Part shown: positions 1-9,539 of the stretch, in pieces | Layout of the letters: each line of letters starts with the position of its first letter | Numbering within the stretch: the first letter of the stretch is position 1 | Source: Candidatus Vogelbacteria bacterium | Lineage (GTDB): Bacteria > Patescibacteriota > Minisyncoccia > Phycocordibacterales > XYD1-FULL-46-19 | Length of the DNA stretch: 64,000 nucleotides | Direction of reading: 5' to 3' | Assembly (NCBI GenBank): GCA_903878275.1 | Contig: CAIRHC010000010.1 | Location: 1,604-65,603, forward strand | Position numbers and translations under genes: made by a program | The notes under the pieces: model-generated | What the model saw: the letters and a program-made list of their open reading frames with translations, nothing else | What the model was told of the DNA's origin: nothing | Databases searched by the model: none

Positions 1-2985
1 TTCCGCCAAAAATGGGGTGACTGGTGCCAAGACTTTAGCAATTTCTAATAAAACAAAACGAGTAACCGCTGAAACATTTTTCTTGTCATTTTCGTCGTCA
101 CTTTTAAAACGATCTCGCGAACGACGTAGATACCAAGTGGAGAGGTCATCAATAAACTCATCGATCGGGCGAAGGGCACGGTCTAGTTCATATTTATCAA
201 AAGATTCGGTCACCTGAATAATAGTTTCGCCAAGCCGGACCAAAATCCACTTGTCTAAAATATTGGAAATTTCCGTCGGTTTAAGTTCGAGATTTTTATT
301 TTCAGCTTCCACATAGGTCTGATAGAAAGAACAAACATTTTGCAAACGCATTATAATTTTCCGCTGAATTTCTGCCACGCCCTTTTCGGAAAAATTTAAA
401 TCTTCTGCCCGCACTACCGGTAAAGACATCAAATAAAAGCGGAGAGCGTCAGCCCCATAACGATCGACGACCAGTGAGAGCTCTGGAAAATTCCGCAAGC
501 TCTTTGACATTTTTTGACCATTTTCTGCAAGAAGAAAGCCATTAACAACCACATTTTTAAACGGACTTTCACCAAAAAGCGCGGTGCCCAGAACAATTAG
601 ACTATAAAACCAACCGCGAGTTTGATCCAAACCTTCGGCGATAAAATCTGCCGGCCAACCTTTCTTCTGATCCGGATCAAAATTATCTTTTTTAAACGGA
701 TAATGATCTTGCGCATAAGGCATCGCACCTGATTCAAACCAGCAGTCAAACACATCTGGAATTCTTTTCATTTCACCACCGCAAGCACAAGCAAAAGTAA
801 CCTGATCAATAAACGGTCGATGCACGTCAAGTTCAAAATCCTGATTGCACGGCAATGGTGAAAAAATTAGTTCACGCGATTCGCCGTTTTTTAATTGACC
901 ATCCCAGTGAATAGTTTTTGATAATTCTCGGGCGGTTTTACCAGCCGAGCCAGCAAACATCATCAAGATTGGAAAACCGTGTGCCACAATCAGAATATTT
1001 TTGTTTTGATATTTTTGTTCCAATTCGTACAACAAACTCATCACGCGTTTTTTAACGTTCGCACCGGTTTCACCATTTTCGTACTGACGATAAATTTTAT
1101 CGTAGATCGAATTTTCTTTTTGGTATTCGCGCCATTCTTTGCCGTCATAAGTGCCAACATTTATTTCGCGCAAACGCTCATCAAAAATTACTTGCTCGTC
1201 AGTCAAACCAAGTTTTTCTTTAACAATCTTCACCGTTTCTTTGGTTCGGCGAAAATCGGAAGAAATTATTAAATCAATTTTTTGCTTGGCAAGCTCTTCC
1301 GCTTCCGCCATTACTTCATTTTCGCCCAAGTCGGTCAAACCATCTTTGGCCAAATCAAGACAATTGACCCGACCTTCGACATTGTTGATCGCCTGTCCGT
1401 GACGCATCGCAATATATTTGTTACCAGTTTTTTTAGATAGACGACGAATATCATCGAGAGAGCCAATTACCTCTTTTTTATCGCAACTAGCACATTTCCA
1501 AACCGGAATCGGCGCACCCCAGTAGCGCGTCCGAGAAATCGCCCAGTCACGCGCGCCTTCGAGCCAATTGCCGAAACGTCCTTCTTTGATATTTTCCGGC
1601 ACCCAATTTGTTTTCAAATTATTCGCCACCAACTTATCTTTAAAATCAGTCACTTTCACAAACCAAGAAGAAGCTGCATAATTTAAAAGTGGCGTGGCAC
1701 AACGCCAACAATGTGGGTAAGAGTGAATTATTTTTTCTTTCGCAAACAACGTACCTTTGCCCGCCAAAAATTTAATTATTTCAATGTCGGCTTGTTGCGG
1801 ATTTTCAATCGGCTTTACTTTTTGTCCAGCAAAATCTTTAACCTCTGGTTTAAATTCACCATTCATTGCCACGTGCTGGATAAACGGCAATTTTTCTTTT
1901 ACACCAAGCGCCATATCGACTTCACCAAATGCCGGTGCAATATGCACAATCCCCGTCCCGCTTTCGGTCGTCACAAAATCGGCTGGGTAAATCTGCCAAC
2001 CACGTTCTTTGTTTTCTATTTTTTCATCATTCAAATAATAATCAAAAACTGGTTTGTATTTTTTACCGACTAGCTCTTGCCCGGAAATCTTTTTTTCTTC
2101 TGTAAAATTATTTTGTTCCATTTTGTTTAAAATCCATGGAACCCTTTCTGTCGCTACAATATATTTACCGCTCTTTAAAGATAATTCTCCATCTTTTATT
2201 CCTCTGCCCAAATCTGTATTATTTTGTAGAATTGAATAACTTATTTCAGGATTGACTGCCAATGCCACATTACCGGGCAAAGTCCACGGCGTCGTCGTCC
2301 ACGCCAAAACAAAAGTTCCCGGTTCGTCAACAAGTTCAAATTTTACCGTCACCGAAATATCCGTAATATCTTTGTAGCCTTGAGTTACTTCAAAATTGGA
2401 TAAGGTCGTCTCGCAACGAGGGCAAAGATGCATTGCTTTGTAACCTTCGTAAACTAAACCCTTGTCGGACAAATTCTTAAAAATCCACCAGACCGTTTCC
2501 GAATAGCTCGGATCCATTGTCCGGTAATCGTCTTCCATATCCACAAAACGTCCGAGTCTTGGCACAATTTTTCGCCAGTCATCAGCATAACGTAAGACAC
2601 TATCTTTGGCTTTTTGGTTGAAATTTTCAACACCGTAATCTTCGATATCTTTTTTGGTTTTTAAACCAAGTTCTTTTTCAATTAAATTTTCCACTGGCAG
2701 ACCGTGACAATCCCAACCCCAACGCCGACGGACATAAAAACCCTGCATCGTTTTGTAGCGAGGAATGACGTCTTTGATCGTGCCAGCGGTCAAATGACCA
2801 TAGTGAGGTAGCCCAGTCGCAAAGGGCGGACCATCATAAAAAGTAAAGGAACCTTTTGTTGATCCACTGATTAGTGACTTTTCTAGCGATTGCTCAAAAA
2901 TCTTATTCTCTTGCCAAAATTTTAGAATTTCTTCCTCGCGCTTAGCAATTTCTGATTTTTGCCCTTCATTTTCTTCAAGCGACAT
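1..2985 (-). CDS. ileS: Isoleucine--tRNA ligase (type 2) with inserted histidine-phosphatase domain; 3' end lies beyond the window start
   Basis: Not in the ORF track. Manual translation from ATG 2985: MSLEENEGQK...FYDGPPFATGLPHYGH...GWDCHGLPVE...WTTTPWTLPGN...DVFDCWFESG...GQKMSKS. Confidence 0.95.
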   Translation of the reverse strand, partial: MSLEENEGQKSEIAKREEEILKFWQENKIFEQSLEKSLISGSTKGSFTFYDGPPFATGLPHYGHLTAGTIKDVIPRYKTMQGFYVRRRWGWDCHGLPVENLIEKELGLKTKKDIEDYGVENFNQKAKDSVLRYADDWRKIVPRLGRFVDMEDDYRTMDPSYSETVWWIFKNLSDKGLVYEGYKAMHLCPRCETTLSNFEVTQGYKDITDISVTVKFELVDEPGTFVLAWTTTPWTLPGNVALAVNPEISYSILQNNTDLGRGIKDGELSLKSGKYIVATERVPWILNKMEQNNFTEEKKISGQELVGKKYKPVFDYYLNDEKIENKERGWQIYPADFVTTESGTGIVHIAPAFGEVDMALGVKEKLPFIQHVAMNGEFKPEVKDFAGQKVKPIENPQQADIEIIKFLAGKGTLFAKEKIIHSYPHCWRCATPLLNYAASSWFVKVTDFKDKLVANNLKTNWVPENIKEGRFGNWLEGARDWAISRTRYWGAPIPVWKCASCDKKEVIGSLDDIRRLSKKTGNKYIAMRHGQAINNVEGRVNCLDLAKDGLTDLGENEVMAEAEELAKQKIDLIISSDFRRTKETVKIVKEKLGLTDEQVIFDERLREINVGTYDGKEWREYQKENSIYDKIYRQYENGETGANVKKRVMSLLYELEQKYQNKNILIVAHGFPILMMFAGSAGKTARELSKTIHWDGQLKNGESRELIFSPLPCNQDFELDVHRPFIDQVTFACACGGEMKRIPDVFDCWFESGAMPYAQDHYPFKKDNFDPDQKKGWPADFIAEGLDQTRGWFYSLIVLGTALFGESPFKNVVVNGFLLAENGQKMSKSLRNFPELSLVVDRYGADALRFYLMSLPVVRAEDLNFSEKGVAEIQRKIIMRLQNVCSFYQTYVEAENKNLELKPTEISNILDKWILVRLGETIIQVTESFDKYELDRALRPIDEFIDDLSTWYLRRSRDRFKSDDENDKKNVSAVTRFVLLEIAKVLAPVTPFLAE

Positions 2986-3091
2986 TATTATAATTTACCG
3001 TAAAATACGGATATTTACAATATCGCTCGAGTTTGATAATAATACAAATAGAGAGGAAATTGTTCCGATCTCAAAATAAGGAGAAAAAGTA

Positions 3092-3301
3092 ATGATAAAC
3101 AAAGAAGGTTCTGGGTTGTCTTTTGTCGACAGCAATACTGGGCGAATTTTTCTGACTATCTCTCGTTATGATATAAAGGGAACAGCTAATCCGCCGAAGT
3201 ACATAAAAATAACGGATGCTATCGGTCGCCAGCACTACGCAAACGACAACCACGAAGAATATCACGTCTTCGACAAAATCTTAACCAGTAAAGGTTTGTA
3301 A
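3092..3301 (+). CDS. Small hypothetical protein (SD-led ORFan)
   Basis: 69 aa; AAGGAG 8 nt before ATG; followed by a GC-rich palindrome. Confidence 0.65.
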   Translation: MINKEGSGLSFVDSNTGRIFLTISRYDIKGTANPPKYIKITDAIGRQHYANDNHEEYHVFDKILTSKGL

Positions 3302-3318
3302 CAAAACAGCGGTTTCTA

Positions 3319-3354
3319 CCCCGCGAGCGCAAGCGCTCGCGGGGCTTTATTTTT
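3319..3354 (+). repeat. REP-like palindrome family A copy / intrinsic terminator
   Basis: CCCCGCGAGCGC-AA-GCGCTCGCGGGG followed by CTTTATTTTT. Confidence 0.85.
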
Positions 3355-3424
3355 GGCTTTACTAAATAATTTTGGTATGTTAGAAATAAATCGGAAATAT
3401 AAAAATAGAAAGGAGGTGATTTTT

Positions 3425-3619
3425 GTGGAACTAATAGTTACCCGCGAAGGTGACAACGAAATCCATATTTACGAGGATATCGGAACAGAAGCTATCATTC
3501 GTCGGGAAAAAAATAAGATAATCCTAACGATGTGGCCAGCCGATCCTTTGGTAATTAGGAAGAATGAACCACTGTATAAACATTTCAAAGCGATTTTAGA
3601 TGATCCCGAAATCGGCTAA
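3425..3619 (+). CDS. Small hypothetical protein (SD-led ORFan, GTG start)
   Basis: GAAAGGAGGTGATTTTT-GTG; 64 aa within the track ORF 3353..3619. Confidence 0.65.
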   Translation: MELIVTREGDNEIHIYEDIGTEAIIRREKNKIILTMWPADPLVIRKNEPLYKHFKAILDDPEIG

Positions 3620-3630
3620 ATTGCAATTTC

Positions 3631-3662
3631 ATCCCACACGAGCGCTTGCGCTCGTGTGGGAT
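3631..3662. repeat. Palindrome family A variant / bidirectional terminator
   Basis: ATCCCACACGAGCGC-TT-GCGCTCGTGTGGGAT between convergent genes. Confidence 0.8.
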
Positions 3663-3674
3663 TTATTTTAAATT

Positions 3675-5411
3675 TTACATTTTTTCCAAAACCGGAATCG
3701 CCAAGATATTCAAACCGTTTTTCAAAACAATCGCCGTTGCTTTCGCCAGAGTCAAGCGTGAGGCTTCTTCATCACTGCCGATAATTTTATTTTGCGCATA
3801 AAAAGAATTGAAGGCACCAGCGATACTTATTAAATAAGAGACTAGTGTTTGCGGCGAAAGATTGTTGTAAGATTTTTCGATAATCTCTGGTAACAAATAA
3901 AGTTGTCGTGCCAAAATCGAACTGGCTTCTTCTGGCGATATTTCATCCCCAACCTCTTTCCCTTGTTCCGAGGCTTTTAATATTACTGAAAAAATTCTAG
4001 CATAAGTATATTGCAAATAAGGACCGGAATCACCTTCAAAAGATAGCGATTTAGCAAAATCAAAAATAATATCTTGCCCTGGTGATTGTTTTAAGATCGA
4101 ATACTTCAACGCCCCGACCGCCACTTTTTCCGCAATCTGCTTTTTCTCATCAATCGACATTTCTTGCCCAACCATTTTTTCTAAAACTTTTTCGCCCACC
4201 TCGCCGATCAGATTCTTTGCGGTAATCACATCGCCAGTGCGCGAAGACATTTTTCCAGTCGGCAAACGCAACATTCCGTGGGCGATATGTTTAGTTTTTT
4301 CGGCAACTTCTGGCAAAATTTGTTCTAAGGCTTTCAACATCACCCGAAAATATTCTTTTTGTTCTTCAGCAGTAATGGAAATTGATAAATCAAATGGGTA
4401 TTTTTCCAATTTAATTTTTGCCAAACCTAAATCTTTCGCCTCATAAGTCGGCAAACCTTCATTGTTTATAAAAACCCGTGTATGCAAAGACACATCGAAC
4501 AAGTCACCCCTAAAAACCACCGCCCCATCGCTTTTTTCAAACACACCACTCGCCAGACCATCTTCGACAAGCTTCTGCCCGACCGCCCAAGTTTCACTTT
4601 CAAAGAAATAATAATCAAACGCTTTCCCCTCTTTTTCGTTGTGGTTTGTGCCGAGCAGTTTATAAATAGTTTCAAAATAATCCAAACTCCACTCACGACC
4701 TAAGTCGTAAAGCTGGTTGATATGGTCGTCGTTTCGTTTGTAAACCTTTTTATTTAAAATAGTTATGCCTTCTTTGGCTTCTTGATTGTTGTCAAAATCA
4801 TAAGCACCTAGAGCGTAACACTGTCCAAGATAAGCCACTTTTTCTAGCAGATTTGCTTCTCGATCAGGCTGTTCATTTTCTTTGCGCACCATTCCCCATA
4901 AAGTTTTCGCCACATGCATTCCGACATCACCCTGATAACAAGCTCGCTTGACCTCTGCCCCACTGGCTTCAATGATTCGCGAAAGAGTTTCGCCGATTGT
5001 ATTATTCATCAAATGCCCAACATGAAAAAGCTTAAACGGATTTGGATCGGTGTATTCCACCATTACTTTTTGACCAACCAACAAATCATTGTGACCAAAA
5101 CTATCACCCGTCATTAAAATTTCTTTCAAGTTCTCGATAAAAAAGTTTTTTGACAAAGTAAAATTGATAAAACCAGGACCCGCCACATAAACCTCTTCGA
5201 GATTTTCATTTTTGACACTCAAAATTTTGTCCTTAATTTTTTCTGCCAGTTTTACTGCGTCTTCACTATTTTTTTGCGCCAAAACCAACGCGATGTTGGT
5301 CGAAAAATCACCAAAAGTTAATTCGGGATGAAAAAGCTCAATTTTTTCTGCCGACAAACCGATTTCCTCAACTGAACTCGCGATTAAATTAGACAATAGA
5401 TTTTTGATCAT
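3675..5411 (-). CDS. argS: Arginine--tRNA ligase
   Basis: VEYTDPNPFKLFHVGH, KMSSRTG and SFEGDSGPYLQY motifs; start moved to ATG 5411. Confidence 0.95.
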   Translation of the reverse strand: MIKNLLSNLIASSVEEIGLSAEKIELFHPELTFGDFSTNIALVLAQKNSEDAVKLAEKIKDKILSVKNENLEEVYVAGPGFINFTLSKNFFIENLKEILMTGDSFGHNDLLVGQKVMVEYTDPNPFKLFHVGHLMNNTIGETLSRIIEASGAEVKRACYQGDVGMHVAKTLWGMVRKENEQPDREANLLEKVAYLGQCYALGAYDFDNNQEAKEGITILNKKVYKRNDDHINQLYDLGREWSLDYFETIYKLLGTNHNEKEGKAFDYYFFESETWAVGQKLVEDGLASGVFEKSDGAVVFRGDLFDVSLHTRVFINNEGLPTYEAKDLGLAKIKLEKYPFDLSISITAEEQKEYFRVMLKALEQILPEVAEKTKHIAHGMLRLPTGKMSSRTGDVITAKNLIGEVGEKVLEKMVGQEMSIDEKKQIAEKVAVGALKYSILKQSPGQDIIFDFAKSLSFEGDSGPYLQYTYARIFSVILKASEQGKEVGDEISPEEASSILARQLYLLPEIIEKSYNNLSPQTLVSYLISIAGAFNSFYAQNKIIGSDEEASRLTLAKATAIVLKNGLNILAIPVLEKM

Positions 5412-5455
5412 AGGCAAGGACAGAATACCACAAATCCCCACTTTTTTCAAAAAAA

Positions 5456-5881
5456 TTACCGTTTGCCAGTACTACCAAAACCACCTTCGCCACGCACCGA
5501 ATCAGACAATTCGCTCACCTCTTTAATTTCTGGTTGCTCAATTTTTTGAATCAACATTTGAGCCACCTTGTCATTCTTTTTAATTACATAATCTTCGGAC
5601 GAGAGATTGATAATCACTACCTGCAATTCTCCACGATAACCAGAATCAACGACCCCTGCCATTGTTTTAAGACCGTGATTGGAAGCCAGACCACTTTTAT
5701 CCCACACCAAACCGACAAAACCATCGGGAATCTCAAAAGCCAACCCAGTCTTGATTCGCCCACGTTCACCAGTTTTTATGGTCATTTCCTCAAGAGCAAA
5801 AATATCCATTCCAGCATCGTCAGAATGTGCATAAGCTGGTAATTTAGCCTCGACATCCAATTTTTTAATTTTTATTTCCAT
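5456..5881 (-). CDS. dut: dUTP diphosphatase
   Basis: AGMDI, KSGLA, GVVDSGYRGE, RGEGGFGSTG motifs. Confidence 0.95.
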   Translation of the reverse strand: MEIKIKKLDVEAKLPAYAHSDDAGMDIFALEEMTIKTGERGRIKTGLAFEIPDGFVGLVWDKSGLASNHGLKTMAGVVDSGYRGELQVVIINLSSEDYVIKKNDKVAQMLIQKIEQPEIKEVSELSDSVRGEGGFGSTGKR

Positions 5882-5942
5882 CTTGAAATTTTAGCACTTC
5901 TCTGGCAGGATTTAAACAGATGCCCTTAACCAAAGGAGAAAA

Positions 5943-6203
5943 ATGATGCTGAAATCCATTGACGAAGAAATTAAAGTTCGGGAATTGACCGATTTGGCAA
6001 CGAAGTATGACTGTCAAACCTTGATCCATATCCCGAACGAGGAGCGAAATAACTTCTGGCAAAAACTCGAACTACTCAACCCAGAAAAAATCCTGGCAGG
6101 ACCAATCTTTTGCAAGGAGCAGGATGGTGGCTTTATTTGCCACTACACGGCTTACGTTCTCAACGAGAACGGCACGAAGATTTACTTCTTTTTCCGTTTT
6201 TGA
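5943..6203 (+). CDS. Hypothetical protein (SD-led ORFan)
   Basis: 86 aa; AAAGGAG upstream; hairpin GGCGCTCGTC/GACGAGCGCC at 6221-6245. Confidence 0.65.
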   Translation: MMLKSIDEEIKVRELTDLATKYDCQTLIHIPNEERNNFWQKLELLNPEKILAGPIFCKEQDGGFICHYTAYVLNENGTKIYFFFRF

Positions 6204-6247
6204 AACCAGAGCAAACCACCGGCGCTCGTCCACCAGACGAGCGCCTA

Positions 6248-7426
6248 TTATTTTCGCAAAATCTGATCTATGCTTTGAGCAATTTTTATAAAATCTTTTT
6301 CTTTTTTACCGCGCGTTGTTTCGGCGGCAGTCCCAAGTCGCAAACCCGATGGATCAGCCGGATTGCGAACGTCAAACGGAATCGTATTTTTATTTACAAT
6401 AATTCCCTCTTTTTCCAATCTCGCACTCGCTTCTTTACCAGATAATTTACCGCTAGTTGATTCCACCACATCAATTAAGAGCAAGTGATTATCGGTTCCG
6501 CCAGAAACAATCCGCCAACCAAGTTTTTTTAATTCTTGCGCCAAAGTTTTGGTATTAACGATAATTTGCTTAGAGTATTTTTTAAATTCTGGCGTCATTG
6601 CTTCTTTAAGTGCCACCGCAATTCCAGCAATTTGATTTATGTGTGGTCCACCTTGCAAACCCGGGAAAACAGCTTTGTCGATTTTTTTATTTAATTCTCG
6701 TTTATCAATTCGCGAAAAAATCATTCCCGATCGCGGACCACGCAAAGTTTTATGAGTCGTGGTTGTTACCATGTCAGCATACGGAAATGGTGAAGAATGA
6801 ACCCCGCCTGCCACTAAACCAGCGATATGCGACATATCCACCATCAGATAAGCCCCGCAAGCATCGGCTATTTCGCGAAATTTTTTCCAGTCAATTTTTC
6901 TCGGATAAGCAGTAAAACCAGCCACGATAATATCTGGCTTTTCTTTTAAGGCGATCTTTTTTATTTCATCATAATTTAATTGCTCGGTTTTTTTATCAAC
7001 GCCATAAGAAATTTGTTGCCAGAATTTTCCCGATGCTGATACTTTGTGACCATGAGTTAAGTGCCCACCGTGAGACAACTCCATTCCCATAATTTTACCA
7101 TTAGGCGAAACGAGAGCTAAGTAAACGGCTAAATTTGCCGGCGAACCAGACAAAGGTTGCACATTCACCGCCCATTTTCTCGAAGACAACTTAAATAATT
7201 TTAACGCCCAGTCAATGCAAAGTTTTTCCAATTCATCGACAATTTCATTCCCACCATAATAACGGGCGTCGGCATAACCTTCAGCGTATTTATTAGTAAA
7301 CACCGAACCAAGCGCCTCGAGTACATCTTTCGACACGTAATTTTCCGAGGCAATGAGGTTTATCACCTCTTTTTGCCTTTTCTCTTCAGCTTTTATAAGT
7401 TTTTCAATTTGTTTATCTTTCATCAC
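6248..7426 (-). CDS. glyA: Serine hydroxymethyltransferase
   Basis: LIASENY, NKYAEGY, TTTTHKTLRGPR (PLP lysine), FPGLQGGP. Confidence 0.97.
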   Translation of the reverse strand: MMKDKQIEKLIKAEEKRQKEVINLIASENYVSKDVLEALGSVFTNKYAEGYADARYYGGNEIVDELEKLCIDWALKLFKLSSRKWAVNVQPLSGSPANLAVYLALVSPNGKIMGMELSHGGHLTHGHKVSASGKFWQQISYGVDKKTEQLNYDEIKKIALKEKPDIIVAGFTAYPRKIDWKKFREIADACGAYLMVDMSHIAGLVAGGVHSSPFPYADMVTTTTHKTLRGPRSGMIFSRIDKRELNKKIDKAVFPGLQGGPHINQIAGIAVALKEAMTPEFKKYSKQIIVNTKTLAQELKKLGWRIVSGGTDNHLLLIDVVESTSGKLSGKEASARLEKEGIIVNKNTIPFDVRNPADPSGLRLGTAAETTRGKKEKDFIKIAQSIDQILRK

Positions 7427-7554
7427 TTCTTCATACTAAAACAAAAACTCTGACTTGCCAAACTGTCAAGGTTTGCTAGTATCGAATACAGAGAGTAATT
7501 AGTTCTCCGTCAACCAACTAACCCTGTTTTGTTTACAAAAGAAAGGAGCTACAG

Positions 7555-8457
7555 ATGTTCAAACTAAAACCTTATGAGGAAAGAACGCCGGATCGACAAT
7601 ATCAGGATTTGCTACGATATGTCGTCGATAACGGCAAATGGAAAAAGAATACTAACCAGGGCTTACCGGCTCTAACCGTATTCCGTCCGCCTATTCAGTT
7701 GCGCTACGACCTACAAAACGGTTTTCCACTTATCACCGAACGCCGAATTAGTTTTTGGCGTAAGGCGGTCGGCGAAATATTCGCCTTCGTCAACGGTGCA
7801 ACCACAACCAAAGAACTCGAAGCTTTTGGTTGTGATTGGTGGAGCACTTGGGCGACCAAAGAAAATGCCGAGAATGTCGGTCTCGAAGAAGGACAACTAG
7901 GAAACTTCGCTTCTTATGGAGCAGCGTTCCATCATTTTCCAACACCCAACAAACCCGAGGGTTTTAATCAGTTCGAAGCGTTGGTGCTCGGGCTGAAACA
8001 AAAACCTTGGTCACGAACGAATCTGATTTCGCCGTGGGTGCCGTACTTCGCTTCGGAGTTCGGTAAGCGGCGAGTGTTTTGTGCCCCGTGCCACGGTTGG
8101 ATAAACTGCCACGTCCACGACGGGATTTTAGATCTCGCTATGGACCAACGCTCGGCTGATTTAATTATCGGAGTACCAGCCAACTTGATTCAGTACTCGG
8201 TATTACTTTTAGCCTTGGCGGAAGTGACAGGTTTGATTCCCGGTGAATATATCCACACCTTTGTGGATGCTCACATCTACGCCAACCAGATGGAAGCCGT
8301 AGCAGATATATTAGACCGTGAGCCACTTCGTCTACCGACGGTAAAGATTGTTGATCCAGAAAAAATAAACAGTCTCTTCGATTTTCGAACGCAGCATTTC
8401 GAAGTTTCCGACTATCACCCACACCCACCAATCAGCGATATTCCGGTGGCAGTTTAA
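7555..8457 (+). CDS. thyA: Thymidylate synthase
   Basis: APCH catalytic Cys, QRSAD...GVPAN, DAHIYANQ; SD GAAAGGAG. Confidence 0.93.
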   Translation: MFKLKPYEERTPDRQYQDLLRYVVDNGKWKKNTNQGLPALTVFRPPIQLRYDLQNGFPLITERRISFWRKAVGEIFAFVNGATTTKELEAFGCDWWSTWATKENAENVGLEEGQLGNFASYGAAFHHFPTPNKPEGFNQFEALVLGLKQKPWSRTNLISPWVPYFASEFGKRRVFCAPCHGWINCHVHDGILDLAMDQRSADLIIGVPANLIQYSVLLLALAEVTGLIPGEYIHTFVDAHIYANQMEAVADILDREPLRLPTVKIVDPEKINSLFDFRTQHFEVSDYHPHPPISDIPVAV

Positions 8458-8467
8458 GGAGAAAAGA

Positions 8468-8971
8468 ATGCTAAACATTGTCGTAGCCATAAGTCTGAAC
8501 GGCGTCATCGGGCGACAAGGAAAATTACCGTGGAACCTGCCAAGTGATTTACGGCAATTCCGCGATATAACGATCGGTCACGCCGTAATAATGGGTCGCA
8601 AGACTTATGAGTCACTACCTAATCGCTACCGACCCCTACCGAACAGAGAGAACATTGTTCTTTCAAGAAAACGAGACCTGATTGTTCCGAGCGGGATAGT
8701 CTGCCGGACTCTCGACCAAGCTCTAAGTTCGGCTTTGTCGATTCAACGGAAATACATAATCGGCGGTGAAGAAATTTTTCGCCAACTTTTACCGATCACC
8801 GACCAGTTGATCGTGACCGAGGTTCAGATCGTCATCAAAAACGGTGATGCTTTTTTCCCCCAAATTGATAGTGACGACTGGCAAATCGTCGGACAAAAAG
8901 CTCCAAAACAGGAAGAAGGTGATGAATTCCCTTACGCCAAAAAAGTTTATTGGCGTAAACGAAAAACTTAA
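8468..8971 (+). CDS. folA: Dihydrofolate reductase
   Basis: NGVIG...LPW...D, MGRKTYES, RPLPNRENIVLS, IGG. Confidence 0.95.
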   Translation: MLNIVVAISLNGVIGRQGKLPWNLPSDLRQFRDITIGHAVIMGRKTYESLPNRYRPLPNRENIVLSRKRDLIVPSGIVCRTLDQALSSALSIQRKYIIGGEEIFRQLLPITDQLIVTEVQIVIKNGDAFFPQIDSDDWQIVGQKAPKQEEGDEFPYAKKVYWRKRKT

Positions 8972-8976
8972 ATTAC

Positions 8977-9016
8977 CGCCCCGACGCGCCCTGCGCGTCG
9001 GGGCGCTTTTCTTTTT
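8977..9016 (+). terminator. GC-rich intrinsic terminator of thyA-folA
   Basis: CGCCCCGACGCGC-CCT-GCGCGTCGGGGCG followed by a T-rich tract. Confidence 0.8.
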
Positions 9017-9034
9017 AAAAAATAGAATGTTAAA

Positions 9035-9502
9035 ATGAATTTTATGATTAACAAAAAAATGGTAGTTTTGAATAATGCTAGAAAAAAAGAGCAAATAGAT
9101 AAAATGAAAAAAATTATGGCCGAAGACATTTGTCCTTTTTGTCCAAAATATTTAACCAAATACCACGATTTTCCAATCGAACGCACTGGTAAATTTTGGT
9201 CGGTTACAAAAAATGATTATCCTTACGACGGCACTGCGATTCATTATCTTTTTATTTACAAAAAACACATCGAGAATATTTCGCAAATTTCAACCCCAGC
9301 TTTCGGTGAATTACTTACTCACTTAAAATGGTTAATTAAAAAATATAAATTACCAGCTGGCGGTTTCGCGATGCGTTTTGGCGATCCTGATTATACGCAA
9401 GCATCAGTCACCCATCTTCACGCCCACTTAATTGTTGGAGAAAAAATAACAACTAATAATAAAAACAAATATTTAAATTTTCCAATTGGTTATCAAAAAT
9501 AA
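9035..9502 (+). CDS. HIT-family nucleotide hydrolase
   Basis: CPFC near the N-terminus, NDYPY, histidine triad HLHAH. Confidence 0.85.
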   Translation: MNFMINKKMVVLNNARKKEQIDKMKKIMAEDICPFCPKYLTKYHDFPIERTGKFWSVTKNDYPYDGTAIHYLFIYKKHIENISQISTPAFGELLTHLKWLIKKYKLPAGGFAMRFGDPDYTQASVTHLHAHLIVGEKITTNNKNKYLNFPIGYQK

Positions 9503-9539
9503 AAGCCGAGGCGCACATGGCACCTCGGCTTGATAATAA

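Noticed and set aside
17-2239. Plus-strand ORFs in the first 2.3 kb
   Set aside because: Antisense shadows of ileS, which the track missed because its stop codon is outside the window.
4615-4655. Short inserts in ArgRS (NHNEKEGKA) and MurE (TPNPNKKDEN, ~36650-36685) as palindromic insertions
   Set aside because: The underlying DNA is not palindromic.
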